From: a virus
Strand: one strand, 5' to 3'
Virus record (IMG/VR): IMGVR_UViG_3300031951_000014
DNA length: 64,000 nucleotides
In this document: one piece after another, positions 49,167-57,857 of the stretch
Layout: the number at the start of each line of letters is the position of its first letter
How positions within the stretch are numbered: position 1 is the stretch's first letter
Program-made: the position numbers and the translations under genes
Notes under the pieces: generated by a model
Seen by the model: only the letters and a program-made list of their open reading frames with translations
What the model was told of the DNA's origin: nothing
The model's database searches: none

Positions 49167-49370
49167 TTATGCTGTTGTCACACATCTTCTTGAGCAATAT
49201 AGTTGATTTTGGTCTTCATATACTATACCACGACCTGTTTTTTTAGAACACTTAGGGCAAATATGAAAAACGCCCTTTAAAGCAGCCATATAATACGTAG
49301 CTTTACCTGGTAAGGTTGGCTGTACTGTTTTATTACCTGAATTTACTTTTGCTGGTTTTTTGCCGGCCAT
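49167..49370 (-). CDS. Small zinc-ribbon protein
   Basis: CPKCSKKTGRGIVYEDQNQLYCSRRC. Confidence 0.55.
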   Translation of the reverse strand: MAGKKPAKVNSGNKTVQPTLPGKATYYMAALKGVFHICPKCSKKTGRGIVYEDQNQLYCSRRCVTTA

Positions 49371-49424
49371 GACTACCCCTTTGATATTTTGGTTATATCA
49401 AAATAGTAATCAAATGCTATAAAA

Positions 49425-49499
<75 letters not shown>

Positions 49500-49532
49500 A
49501 ATTATTCAGAAAACCAGTTTGAATTTAAATAA

Positions 49533-49751
49533 TTAGCCAAATTTGATTGGTTCGTTAAACCGATTTTCAATAATATCCTTAATAGTATTTAAAGTATTTA
49601 CAGAGGCTACACTTTTAGGACTATTAAAAAGTATGTGCATTTGCCATAGTGCGTCTGTAATATTCTTTGCAGCTATGACTTGAGCATTTTCTGGGTAGCC
49701 GTCTTTTTTTACAGATTCAAGTATCTGCTTGTAGATCTCAGTATATGTCAT
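49533..49751 (-). CDS. Hypothetical protein
   Basis: ORF. Confidence 0.5.
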   Translation of the reverse strand: MTYTEIYKQILESVKKDGYPENAQVIAAKNITDALWQMHILFNSPKSVASVNTLNTIKDIIENRFNEPIKFG

Positions 49752-49753
49752 AA

Positions 49754-50101
49754 TTATCCTTTAATTAAAGGTCTCCACTCATTAATCGTAACCTGTTGTA
49801 TTTTACCATCTGTAAATTTAATATTATAAGATAACCAATACTTTAAGTTTTCAGACGGTATTTCAATAGACGTGTAACATTCTACGTGCTGATGAACATA
49901 ATATTGTTTATATTCATCACCATTTTTTTGATACATGTATCCGTTTTTATCTATATAAAAAACATCTAGAACACAGTGTAAATCCTGTGTTTGAAAATTA
50001 TCAGCAGCTATTGAGTTTTTAATAAATATTTTTTGTTCTTGGGTAGCATTATCAGGAATGGGCATATCATAATTTATATCAACGTAATCAAACATTCCCA
50101 T
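49754..50101 (-). CDS. Hypothetical protein
   Basis: MFDYVDINYDMPIPDNA... Confidence 0.5.
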   Translation of the reverse strand: MGMFDYVDINYDMPIPDNATQEQKIFIKNSIAADNFQTQDLHCVLDVFYIDKNGYMYQKNGDEYKQYYVHQHVECYTSIEIPSENLKYWLSYNIKFTDGKIQQVTINEWRPLIKG

Positions 50102-50117
50102 ACGAATATTATATCAT

Positions 50118-51083
50118 TTAATTGAATGGTTCTTGTTGATAGCACCAAACTCTAGAAAATATTCTTTCGCCTAAAGAAAAACCGCCTCTTACTGCGTGAG
50201 CCATGGTAAATAAATCAACTAATACCAAATCTCCTTCATCCCAACTAATCCAATGTTGGATATCAGAATTATTGAGTACTTCTTCTGAGATGTATCCTTC
50301 TATTTGCTTAAATAAGAATATGTCTTCTTCAGAAGGATCTAATCCATCAACAGATGATAATAGGTTTTCATTAGGGTAAAAACCCATTCTTACTACTGGA
50401 ACGTTTGTCTTATAGTGCTTTTGTATTATCGGTCTCTCAGTGCCAGACGAATGGTCGTCTAAAAAAAGAATAGTGCCAGTATTATCAGTGTGAGTAGTAG
50501 ATTTAATTTTTATTTTTTTTAAAAAAGAAATCCATTCTTCAGGGATAATTGAAAATATTTTTGCCATATTAACAAAACCTGTTGTACCTGAACTTGGATC
50601 ACATTTAAATTTAATCATATTCCAAGAAGCAGCTATTTGTGGATTATCTTGATGGATATTTTCCATGTGCCATTCAATAAAAATACTTTTTTTACGAGAA
50701 ATATTAGTAGGACCACTTAAATGTCTATTAAAAGTATTTTTATGATCTTCATTTTCAACACAATAAAATGGTGGACGCATTTCTTCTTTAAGAGTCAAAT
50801 TTGGCAAAAAACCAAAGTGTTCCCCAATGGCACATGTTATATCCCACTGTTCTTTAGTGGTGGCAAAAAGTTTTTTAAAATGGATCACTCCATCTGCTAG
50901 AAACAGATCCAAGTACTTATTTATATTTAAAAGAATTTCTTTTGAAGAAACATTCTCTATTTGGGCAATCAAATATTCCTCCAAATAAAACAGCTCAGTG
51001 GGCAAGGGGTTCTTGCCCACCAAGAGCATCTGACTTCGTAGGAAAAGTATAGCACAGTTAGAAGCATTTGTGTGTAAAATCAC
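50118..51083 (-). CDS. TauD/clavaminate-synthase-like 2OG oxygenase
   Basis: FIEWHMENIHQDNPQIAASWNMIKFKCD...GDLVLVDLFTMAHAVRGGFSLGERIFSRVW. Confidence 0.78.
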   Translation of the reverse strand: MILHTNASNCAILFLRSQMLLVGKNPLPTELFYLEEYLIAQIENVSSKEILLNINKYLDLFLADGVIHFKKLFATTKEQWDITCAIGEHFGFLPNLTLKEEMRPPFYCVENEDHKNTFNRHLSGPTNISRKKSIFIEWHMENIHQDNPQIAASWNMIKFKCDPSSGTTGFVNMAKIFSIIPEEWISFLKKIKIKSTTHTDNTGTILFLDDHSSGTERPIIQKHYKTNVPVVRMGFYPNENLLSSVDGLDPSEEDIFLFKQIEGYISEEVLNNSDIQHWISWDEGDLVLVDLFTMAHAVRGGFSLGERIFSRVWCYQQEPFN

Positions 51084-51122
51084 AAAAAAAAGTACTATAG
51101 TTATATCTATTAAAGGAAAAAT

Positions 51123-51837
51123 ATGGGTTATTTTAGCATTGGATCAAAAGCAGCAATGGGCGTTGCAGCAGGAGCTGGCATAGGCTATGCCGGCTATAAG
51201 GCAACTGGTGCTGGTTACACAAATGCTGGCATGGGTACCATGGGTGTGGGAACAGCACTAGGTGTTGGTTCTTTGGCTCTAGGTAAACGTGGAATTTCAA
51301 AGCATGCAACAGCAAGAGCTTTTGAACGTGTCGCAAGAGAAACAGCAAGAGCTTCAGGAAAACTTTCTGGGCAGGCATCAAGAAGATTTGCAGGAGCAAA
51401 AATGGCTGGTGTGGTAGGGGTCGGTGCTGCAGGATACCGGTGCTTATAATCAGCAACAGGGCGATATTATGGGAGCAGCTGGAGGTTATGCCTTGGCTGG
51501 AGCTTCTTTATTTGGAGCTGGCAGTCTAGCTGTTAAGGGTCTTGGTAAACGCAATTTAGCACGAGCTGCTACATCAGGGGTAGGTTTTGCCGGACAGGCT
51601 TTAGAAGGAACTGGGAGAATGTCTAGAAGGGCAGCTTCTACTGGCAGAGCTATTTCTAGAGGCACACCGAGAAGTTCCGGCAGATCTCTTACAGCGTTGC
51701 CTATAGCATCACCAACAAGCACAGGGGCGCTTGTTAACCCAGCTGCTGGGGGTGGAGTTACTTCACAGGGAATGGCAGCTTATGAAGCAGCACAAAGAAG
51801 GCCTTCACTAAATCCATTTAGTGGTTTTTTTAGTTAA
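51123..51837 (+). CDS. Gly/Ala-rich putative structural protein, ~237 aa, expressed by +1 frameshift at CGG 51438-51440
   Basis: ORF 51123..51449 joins ORF 51424..51837: KMAGVVGVGAAGYGAYNQQQGDIMGAAGGYALAGASLFGAGSLAVKGLGKR; same Gly/Ala repeats both sides (TALGVGSLALGKRG / FGAGSLAVKGLGKR). Confidence 0.82.
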
Positions 51838-51866
51838 AAACTAGTTTTAGGTTCTAAAATAAAAAA

Positions 51867-52640
51867 CTATTGATAACCATTTTCTACTTTTTTTTGTAGA
51901 TGATTTAAATTTTCTTGTTTTGTAGAAAACTTTTTACGTATTTGATCTCTAAAATTATTTGTCCATTCATAACGCTGTGCGTAATGATTATTTGAATTTG
52001 TACTGACGTAAGTACGATCACCATGAGAATAAAAAGCCAAATATATCCAACGAAATCCAGAAGTTATTTGACGCACCTCATGGGCACCAATATAATTAGA
52101 AGGATAAAATAAAGCTGAACCAGCCTTTGGATGGACTTCTATATCCCAGTTATTGAAATAAATACCACCACCAGTGAATTCATCGTTTAATAATAATGAC
52201 GCAGTTAAAGTATTTCCTATAGCTACTGTAGATGTAGCCTCAACACTGTTTGGCTTATAGCCTAAAGCAACATCAGAATGAGGGCCCATAACTCCTTTGG
52301 GTAAATACTTAACAAAATGCATGCCGCTATAGTCTGTGATGCACTCTGCTGCTACAGGAAATAACTTACAATATTCAACTGCAGCTCGATGCATAGCGTG
52401 GTTTATGTTTTGAACAAAAGGTAAAGATTGAATATCTTTAATGTATCTTACTGGCATTGTAGGAACATCTTCTTCAGGGATGTGGTGACCACCTTCCATA
52501 AAAGTTTTTTCTTCTACTTTTTTATAACCTTGAGGTTCAATACTTTTTTCAATTGAAGCCAAATTAATTTCATTAAGTTCGTCTTTTGATAATAAATCTT
52601 CAAATACGACAATTCCATTACCTAAATGATTAATTTTCAT
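51867..52640 (-). CDS. 2OG-Fe(II) oxygenase
   Basis: MGPHSDVALGYKPN...LLLNDEFTGGGIYFNNWDIEVHPKAGSALFYPSNYIGAHEVRQITSGFRWIYLAFY. Confidence 0.85.
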   Translation of the reverse strand: MKINHLGNGIVVFEDLLSKDELNEINLASIEKSIEPQGYKKVEEKTFMEGGHHIPEEDVPTMPVRYIKDIQSLPFVQNINHAMHRAAVEYCKLFPVAAECITDYSGMHFVKYLPKGVMGPHSDVALGYKPNSVEATSTVAIGNTLTASLLLNDEFTGGGIYFNNWDIEVHPKAGSALFYPSNYIGAHEVRQITSGFRWIYLAFYSHGDRTYVSTNSNNHYAQRYEWTNNFRDQIRKKFSTKQENLNHLQKKVENGYQ

Positions 52641-52737
52641 AGATATATTATATCAGCTTTCTAATATCTGTTTTTAGGTTCTAAAATAAAAAACTTTTAA
52701 AATAGTTATTTTTTGTATAAACAAAAAAATGCAATAA

Positions 52738-52812
52738 TGGAGCCCGCTCTCGGGATTGAACCGAGGACCACCGCATTACAAGTGCGGAGCTCTACCACTG
52801 AGCTAAACGGGC
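52738..52812 (-). tRNA. tRNA-Thr(UGU), CCA encoded
   Basis: Acceptor GCCCGTT/AGCGGGC; anticodon arm CCGCA-CTTGTAA-TGCGG. Confidence 0.92.
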
Positions 52813-52865
52813 AAGTACGTTAGTGATAAAAAATTGTATCACATAATTGAGCAACAATATATTAA

Positions 52866-53189
52866 TTACTTTTGCAAATCTTGAATCTTATTGCGAAGTG
52901 CAATAATTTCATTGTCACGTAAAAGAACTTTACCTTGCAAATAATCTATACAAAAGTCAGCTTCTTTAAGATCGTCTTTTAATTGTTGAATTTGATATTC
53001 TAAATCTTTAATCTCACGAAATGTTTTCATATCCATTTTAGAAATTATAGTTTTATCCATGTTAGAAGGAAAATTATAATAGTTCATACCACAAACAGAA
53101 GTATTTTCATGAGAACACTGGGATTTTCCAGGTCTTACAATATGGACGTCACATTCAAAATACCCACAAGGTATAACTTCTTCATCCAT
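52866..53189 (-). CDS. Hypothetical coiled-coil protein with Cys/His
   Basis: ORF. Confidence 0.5.
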   Translation of the reverse strand: MDEEVIPCGYFECDVHIVRPGKSQCSHENTSVCGMNYYNFPSNMDKTIISKMDMKTFREIKDLEYQIQQLKDDLKEADFCIDYLQGKVLLRDNEIIALRNKIQDLQK

Positions 53190-53412
53190 TTGAAATCCAC
53201 TTAGATTTTACATATTGATGAGTTTGTTCAGAAATAGTATCTTTATGAAAAGGATCATGAAGTGACCCTTTTAAAAGCTCAGCTAGTTGAGGTTTTGCAG
53301 AACTTAAAACCAAAAAATAAGTTTGACCATATCTGTTTGTTTTAATTGATTGGTGATACTTATCAACTAAAGCAAGAAAGTCTTCGTATGAAATATCTGG
53401 AGATATTTTCAC
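53182..53412 (-). CDS. Hypothetical protein
   Basis: ORF. Confidence 0.45.
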   Translation of the reverse strand: MKISPDISYEDFLALVDKYHQSIKTNRYGQTYFLVLSSAKPQLAELLKGSLHDPFHKDTISEQTHQYVKSKWISNG

Positions 53413-53421
53413 AAAATCTCT

Positions 53422-53814
53422 TTACGCATAAATAGCTATTTTTTCTTCTTTCCGAATATTTAAAACCATTTCAACATACTTAGATGTATGAGAAGATGGA
53501 TTATTGCAAACTGGAGGTTCACTCAAACGAACATATGTGGTTAGTTGAGAAGAACACTTAGGGCATACCCATTGAAGTTTATTTTTAGGATTTAATTTTT
53601 CGTTGGGAGTATTATCAATAATATCGTCAATCGATTCAATTTCTTCTGAATCATCAACTTCATCAATATAATCTTTGGTGCTCATAACTTGAACGGCATT
53701 CTTCTTTATGCAGCCAGGACAGAAGCGTGGCTTTCTACCACGTGAACGATTCCGTGACCAAGTGTTTTTGCACAACTGACATTGTATTTTTTCTCTAGCC
53801 ATTACACTCTCCAA
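53422..53814 (-). CDS. Zinc-ribbon protein; contains two in-frame CGG codons
   Basis: CQLCKNTWSRNRSRGRKPRFCPGC...WVCPKCSSQLTTYV. Confidence 0.6.
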   Translation of the reverse strand: MESVMAREKIQCQLCKNTWSRNRSRGRKPRFCPGCIKKNAVQVMSTKDYIDEVDDSEEIESIDDIIDNTPNEKLNPKNKLQWVCPKCSSQLTTYVRLSEPPVCNNPSSHTSKYVEMVLNIRKEEKIAIYA

Positions 53815-53857
53815 AATATGATACTAATTATATGTAAGAGCATAGCATAAAAAATAA

Positions 53858-54466
53858 CTATTTCTGCTCTTGTACAAAAGTATGAAATGGGGCTCCTGTA
53901 TAAGAATCAAATCTAGCGGCAATGCTCATAGCTTTAAGGGCAATCTTCTTAGCTACTTGGACTGTTATTGGAGCTTTAGGAAGCAAAGCAGTAAGAGCAC
54001 CGAGGGCATAAGAAGACCCACTACCAAGGGCATAGACACCAGAAGTATCTGAAAGCCAAGAGTAATCACCGTCAACTATATAAATTTGGCCAGATATAGA
54101 AGCTATAACAATTGATTCATGTTCTGCCATATGACGTTTTTCATCTTTATCAGGCGTGGCATAGCCATGTGCTTCAAAGCATTCTCTTAATGCCGGAATA
54201 AACTTAACAGTAAAGAACTGATCTAACTTCTTTCCTTTTATTCCAGCAGGAGCTGGAGGAGGAACAAAAGCATGATGCAGTAAGTTTATAGCTCTAAGAT
54301 CTCCAGCAGCACCAAGAAGGTATTTTCCGTTAGAAGCAACCTTAGAAGTGCCTTCTCTCAAAGTGCTGACCTGAGAAGCATAGCCATCACCATCCATGTC
54401 TGATATACGAGAATCAGAACAAATAAGGGCAAAACCGTCCCCTTGAATAGCAACTATCGTAGTCAT
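53858..54466 (-). CDS. Proteasome beta/HslV-like Ntn-hydrolase
   Basis: MTTIVAIQGDGFALICSDSRISD...REGTSKV...GSGSSYALGAL; Thr after Met, SDSR at the D17 position, downstream Lys. Confidence 0.75.
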   Translation of the reverse strand: MTTIVAIQGDGFALICSDSRISDMDGDGYASQVSTLREGTSKVASNGKYLLGAAGDLRAINLLHHAFVPPPAPAGIKGKKLDQFFTVKFIPALRECFEAHGYATPDKDEKRHMAEHESIVIASISGQIYIVDGDYSWLSDTSGVYALGSGSSYALGALTALLPKAPITVQVAKKIALKAMSIAARFDSYTGAPFHTFVQEQK

Positions 54467-54486
54467 AAATACATTATAACACAAAT

Positions 54487-54645
54487 TTAGTTATTTGAGT
54501 CAACAGTAAAATATGTTGATCCAAATACTTTAAAAGCAATTTCTTTAATGTCTTTAGATTTGGCTGGAAGCCATACAGAATCATAATAAGCCTGTTTTTG
54601 CTTATAAGCAGCAAGCTTTTTATTTTTCTTTTTCTTCCTAGACAT
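54487..54645 (-). CDS. Small basic protein (52 aa), not in the supplied ORF track
   Basis: MSRKKKKNKKLAAYKQKQAYYDSVWLPAKSKDIKEIAFKVFGSTYFTVDSNN. Confidence 0.5.
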   Translation of the reverse strand: MSRKKKKNKKLAAYKQKQAYYDSVWLPAKSKDIKEIAFKVFGSTYFTVDSNN

Positions 54646-54962
54646 TATACCTCAATTAAATTAACTTTAACGTAATTGACTCTTTCAGCAGTATAAACAT
54701 TTCTTATATTAGAATTAAAATATCCACCGTAAGACTTTGCTTTACAAAAGCCGCTATATATTTCAAATGGAACATCATAGTATGCCCAAATAGAGCCAGT
54801 AGTAAACGTAAGCATTAATATATTGCCGTCTTCAAACCAAGACATTTTAATAATAAAAGAACTGTCCAATGGCGAATGGGTCTCAACCCGCATATCAGAA
54901 TTCTGCAACATATTTAAATTCCTCGTGATACTCATCAAAAATTTGTGGTTCTTTCTTTTCAA
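54645..54962 (-). CDS. KTSC-domain protein (true start probably internal)
   Basis: LDSSFIIKMSWFEDGNILMLTFTTGSIWAYYDVPFEIYSGFCKAKSYGGYFNSNIRNVY. Confidence 0.7.
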   Translation of the reverse strand: MKRKNHKFLMSITRNLNMLQNSDMRVETHSPLDSSFIIKMSWFEDGNILMLTFTTGSIWAYYDVPFEIYSGFCKAKSYGGYFNSNIRNVYTAERVNYVKVNLIEV

Positions 54963-55026
54963 ATATCATTAATAAGAACTTGATAAGAATAAGCAATAAG
55001 TGTAGCACAATAACAGAACGTGCCAT
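54895..55026 (-). CDS. Small membrane protein (43 aa), not in the supplied ORF track
   Basis: MARSVIVLHLLLILIKFLLMIFEKKEPQIFDEYHEEFKYVAEF. Confidence 0.45.
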   Translation of the reverse strand: MARSVIVLHLLLILIKFLLMIFEKKEPQIFDEYHEEFKYVAEF

Positions 55027-55064
55027 GGCATCCTTCCTAATAGTTGGTAAGGATATGTATTAAG

Positions 55065-55138
55065 CGCGTCGGGCAGGAATCGAACCTGCAACCTACAGAT
55101 TAGAAGTCTGTTGCTCTATCCGATTGAGCTACCGACGC
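55065..55138 (-). tRNA. tRNA-Arg(UCU)
   Basis: Acceptor GCGTCGG/CCGACGC; anticodon arm ACAGA-CTTCTAA-TCTGT; T arm GCAGG-TTCGATT-CCTGC; no CCA encoded. Confidence 0.92.
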
Positions 55139-55151
55139 ATATACTAGACAA

Positions 55152-55592
55152 TTATACATCAGGATATAATTGAATATTTTTAGTTTTAGTATCTATAAAG
55201 AGTTTTATTTGGATAATAGAATCGTTATCTTTAACAAGATAAACAAAGCCATTAACCCAATAAACTCCTTCAACTATGTATCCAGGAATATCTTTATATG
55301 AATCAACTAAATACGGTAGCCCATTAGAAAGCATTTTATACCTAAACACACCAAGTGGAATTGAGGTCCAAAAAGTTTCAATAAGCTCATTTTTTTGAGG
55401 AAAATAAACAGTGCCATGAAATGCCATAAAATTATTAGCTAGTGCCTTTGTGGCATCTAGCCCAATTTTATCAGAATCATAAATATACCAATCACCGAAT
55501 TGATTTTCCAATAAAAAACCATATGAATCTTCTTCATACCAAGTGGCTTCTAAATCAGAAATATTTTCAACGGTAAGAATGGTTTTGTTCAC
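55152..55592 (-). CDS. Hypothetical protein
   Basis: ORF. Confidence 0.5.
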   Translation of the reverse strand: MNKTILTVENISDLEATWYEEDSYGFLLENQFGDWYIYDSDKIGLDATKALANNFMAFHGTVYFPQKNELIETFWTSIPLGVFRYKMLSNGLPYLVDSYKDIPGYIVEGVYWVNGFVYLVKDNDSIIQIKLFIDTKTKNIQLYPDV

Positions 55593-55701
55593 TATATTTA
55601 TTCCGATACAAATAAGCTAAATAGGCCTTCAATGATGGCTACAATTATAGCACCAAAAGCAGTTAGTATTGCTGCTGCTACAAAAGGATCCATAACCTAC
55701 C

Positions 55702-56079
55702 TTATGTGTTTGTTATTTGTTTGTTAGATAAAAACATTTTGACATATAGTGTTTTGTTTTCAATATTAGCTAAAAACTTTAAAACAGACATACGCCATTT
55801 ATGATGTTTAACCTTCAAGTCAATTATTTGATTTTCTCTAAGATATTCATCAGTTGCTTCGTTAGAAGCTGAAAGTTGATAAATATCCATTTTATTCTTT
55901 GCATTTTGACACGATAGTTGAAGCTCAACTTCTCGTCTCAAAGTCTGCAAAGTATAAAGCCAAAGATCAGGAGATTGATGCAAATATTCAAAGATATCTT
56001 GACTAGAAGAATCCTTTACATCATCAATAACCAGTTCTCTAAATCTTAATAATTGTTCTTGATCTAATATCTCTGTCAT
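55702..56079 (-). CDS. Hypothetical protein
   Basis: ORF. Confidence 0.45.
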   Translation of the reverse strand: MTEILDQEQLLRFRELVIDDVKDSSSQDIFEYLHQSPDLWLYTLQTLRREVELQLSCQNAKNKMDIYQLSASNEATDEYLRENQIIDLKVKHHKWRMSVLKFLANIENKTLYVKMFLSNKQITNT

Positions 56080-56084
56080 AATAA

Positions 56085-56936
56085 TTAACTACCTTTACTG
56101 TAGCAAAATTGGTACGCTTGGAGCATATCTGCTTGAAAAACTTCTTCAGCAGAAGCTCCGGCTTTTAGAATATACAATAAAGAATATACTGGAAATATTG
56201 GCCAAGATCCCAGCCAAGTAATCTTTCCTTTATAAGTTTTAATTGCGGCGTCTGGCCCAAAAAATGTTTTAAGGACGTTATTGCCAACAGGTATAATAAG
56301 CTTAGGATTCATTATTTGAATCTCTTGATGCAAGTAAGGACTGCAGGTATCAATAATAGTCTGATCAAAAGAATTTGAATTAACAGGGCATCTAACTAGA
56401 TATGTTAAACATACTTTTTCAGAACTAAAACCAGCAGACTTTAATGCAGAAATAAATAATGCAGAAGCTTGTTGATTTAATGAAGGACTATCCATAATAA
56501 ACACAACATCAGGATTTGTTACATTCCACTTAGGAAGTTGTGGATCTACAGATATCTGTTTTTGACACTTTTTGCAATTGTGAGTTATGGTGTGTAAATC
56601 TGTGATTTTAAAATTGTTTTGCGTAGATAATGCTGGAATTCTAGAATCTTTTATTATAGAGATAAGATCAGTTTGGCCAATTCTATCTTCAAAAGCTGTA
56701 AATATAGATTCAATTACTTGAGACTCCATATATCCCAACTGACCGAATTTACGATCAATTGGGATAACGGAATCATCTAGCGCATTTGATATGATCTCAT
56801 CAAGTTGAGTAGGATCAAAATCAGAATTCATCTGGAACTGAATTTGATGATGTAGCTGCCTTTGGAGCAGAAGCATCTGAAGATGAGTTAGAATTCTTCT
56901 GATAAGCAGAACCAGCGTAAGTAATCGCTTCAGCAA
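56085..56936 (-). CDS. Uracil-DNA glycosylase superfamily protein
   Basis: CKKCQKQ...PDVVFIMDSPSLNQ...CLTYLVRCPV...LIIPVGNNVLKTFFG. Confidence 0.7.
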   Translation of the reverse strand: MLKRLLTLVLLIRRILTHLQMLLLQRQLHHQIQFQMNSDFDPTQLDEIISNALDDSVIPIDRKFGQLGYMESQVIESIFTAFEDRIGQTDLISIIKDSRIPALSTQNNFKITDLHTITHNCKKCQKQISVDPQLPKWNVTNPDVVFIMDSPSLNQQASALFISALKSAGFSSEKVCLTYLVRCPVNSNSFDQTIIDTCSPYLHQEIQIMNPKLIIPVGNNVLKTFFGPDAAIKTYKGKITWLGSWPIFPVYSLLYILKAGASAEEVFQADMLQAYQFCYSKGS

Positions 56937-57258
56937 CGATAACTACCTTAGAACGATTCTGGTTATCTTGCTGCCAACGCTCTTGAACAAGTCTGCCAAG
57001 GATTTGAATCTGTGCGCCTTTCTTCATCTTAGCTTCATTAATCTGCTTAGATATAAATGCAGCGTTCTTGGTTGCAAAATCATTGCCATCTTTGAGATAA
57101 TAAACAACATCAAAGTAACCAGAGCTCATACCAGAACCTTTTTCGCTTCCAGCGTAATCAACAGCTATACGCAATTTAGCGATGTTGCCATTAGCAACAA
57201 GTTCTGGATCTGCAATTACACCTGCAGTAAGTGATACTGTGTTCTTTGGGTCTATCAT
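56821..57258 (-). CDS. ssb: Single-stranded DNA-binding protein
   Basis: OB-fold SSB pattern GVIADPELVANGNIAKLRIAVDY...VVYYLKDG...KKGAQIQILGRLVQERW. Confidence 0.8.
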   Translation of the reverse strand: MIDPKNTVSLTAGVIADPELVANGNIAKLRIAVDYAGSEKGSGMSSGYFDVVYYLKDGNDFATKNAAFISKQINEAKMKKGAQIQILGRLVQERWQQDNQNRSKVVIVAEAITYAGSAYQKNSNSSSDASAPKAATSSNSVPDEF

Positions 57259-57260
57259 TT

Positions 57261-57533
57261 TTATTGCTCCTCATTTTTCTCTTTAGGTAGTGTATCTTTA
57301 AATGTATTTGATATTTGGTCTATAAAAGCAGTTGCTTGTATAACTGCTTCAATAGGGCCATAGTGTAACATAAGGTTGTTTAGCAAAGAAACAAACAGAT
57401 TATATATGCCAGACTTTAGATCTACTATGACATCAGTAGGAACATAATCGCTTACTTCTTCAACAAGCGGTATGTCTTCGTTATTTTCGTTTTGTGACAT
57501 TTGCACCAACTCTGTTAGACATTGCTTCGTCAA
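57261..57533 (-). CDS. Hypothetical protein
   Basis: ORF. Confidence 0.45.
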   Translation of the reverse strand: MTKQCLTELVQMSQNENNEDIPLVEEVSDYVPTDVIVDLKSGIYNLFVSLLNNLMLHYGPIEAVIQATAFIDQISNTFKDTLPKEKNEEQ

Positions 57534-57798
57534 TAATTTCAGCTAAAAGCTTTGTATCTTTATAGCCTTTATCATACAAAACAGATATAATAGGCTTAGG
57601 ATCTATCATATTGTATGTGATGAGTTGAAGATTTAAAACATCATTTATTGTATAAATACGATAGTTATTTAAATCTCTTTTAGGGCTAGGATATCTTTTA
57701 GAGTTTTCACGGTTAGCAACAGTAAGTGTTGAAACATTAAGGATTTTGGCTACCTCTGATCTATTGAAAGCAGGGATAGCTGATTTACTTTTAGGCAT
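57481..57798 (-). CDS. MerR-like HTH protein
   Basis: FNRSEVAKILNVSTLTVANRENSKRYPSPKRDLNNYRIYTINDVLNL. Confidence 0.65.
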   Translation of the reverse strand: MPKSKSAIPAFNRSEVAKILNVSTLTVANRENSKRYPSPKRDLNNYRIYTINDVLNLQLITYNMIDPKPIISVLYDKGYKDTKLLAEIIDEAMSNRVGANVTKRK

Positions 57799-57857
57799 TT
57801 ATCCACCTTTTTTAAAGTTTATATAAGTATAATATCATATAAACCTATTAAAGTCAA

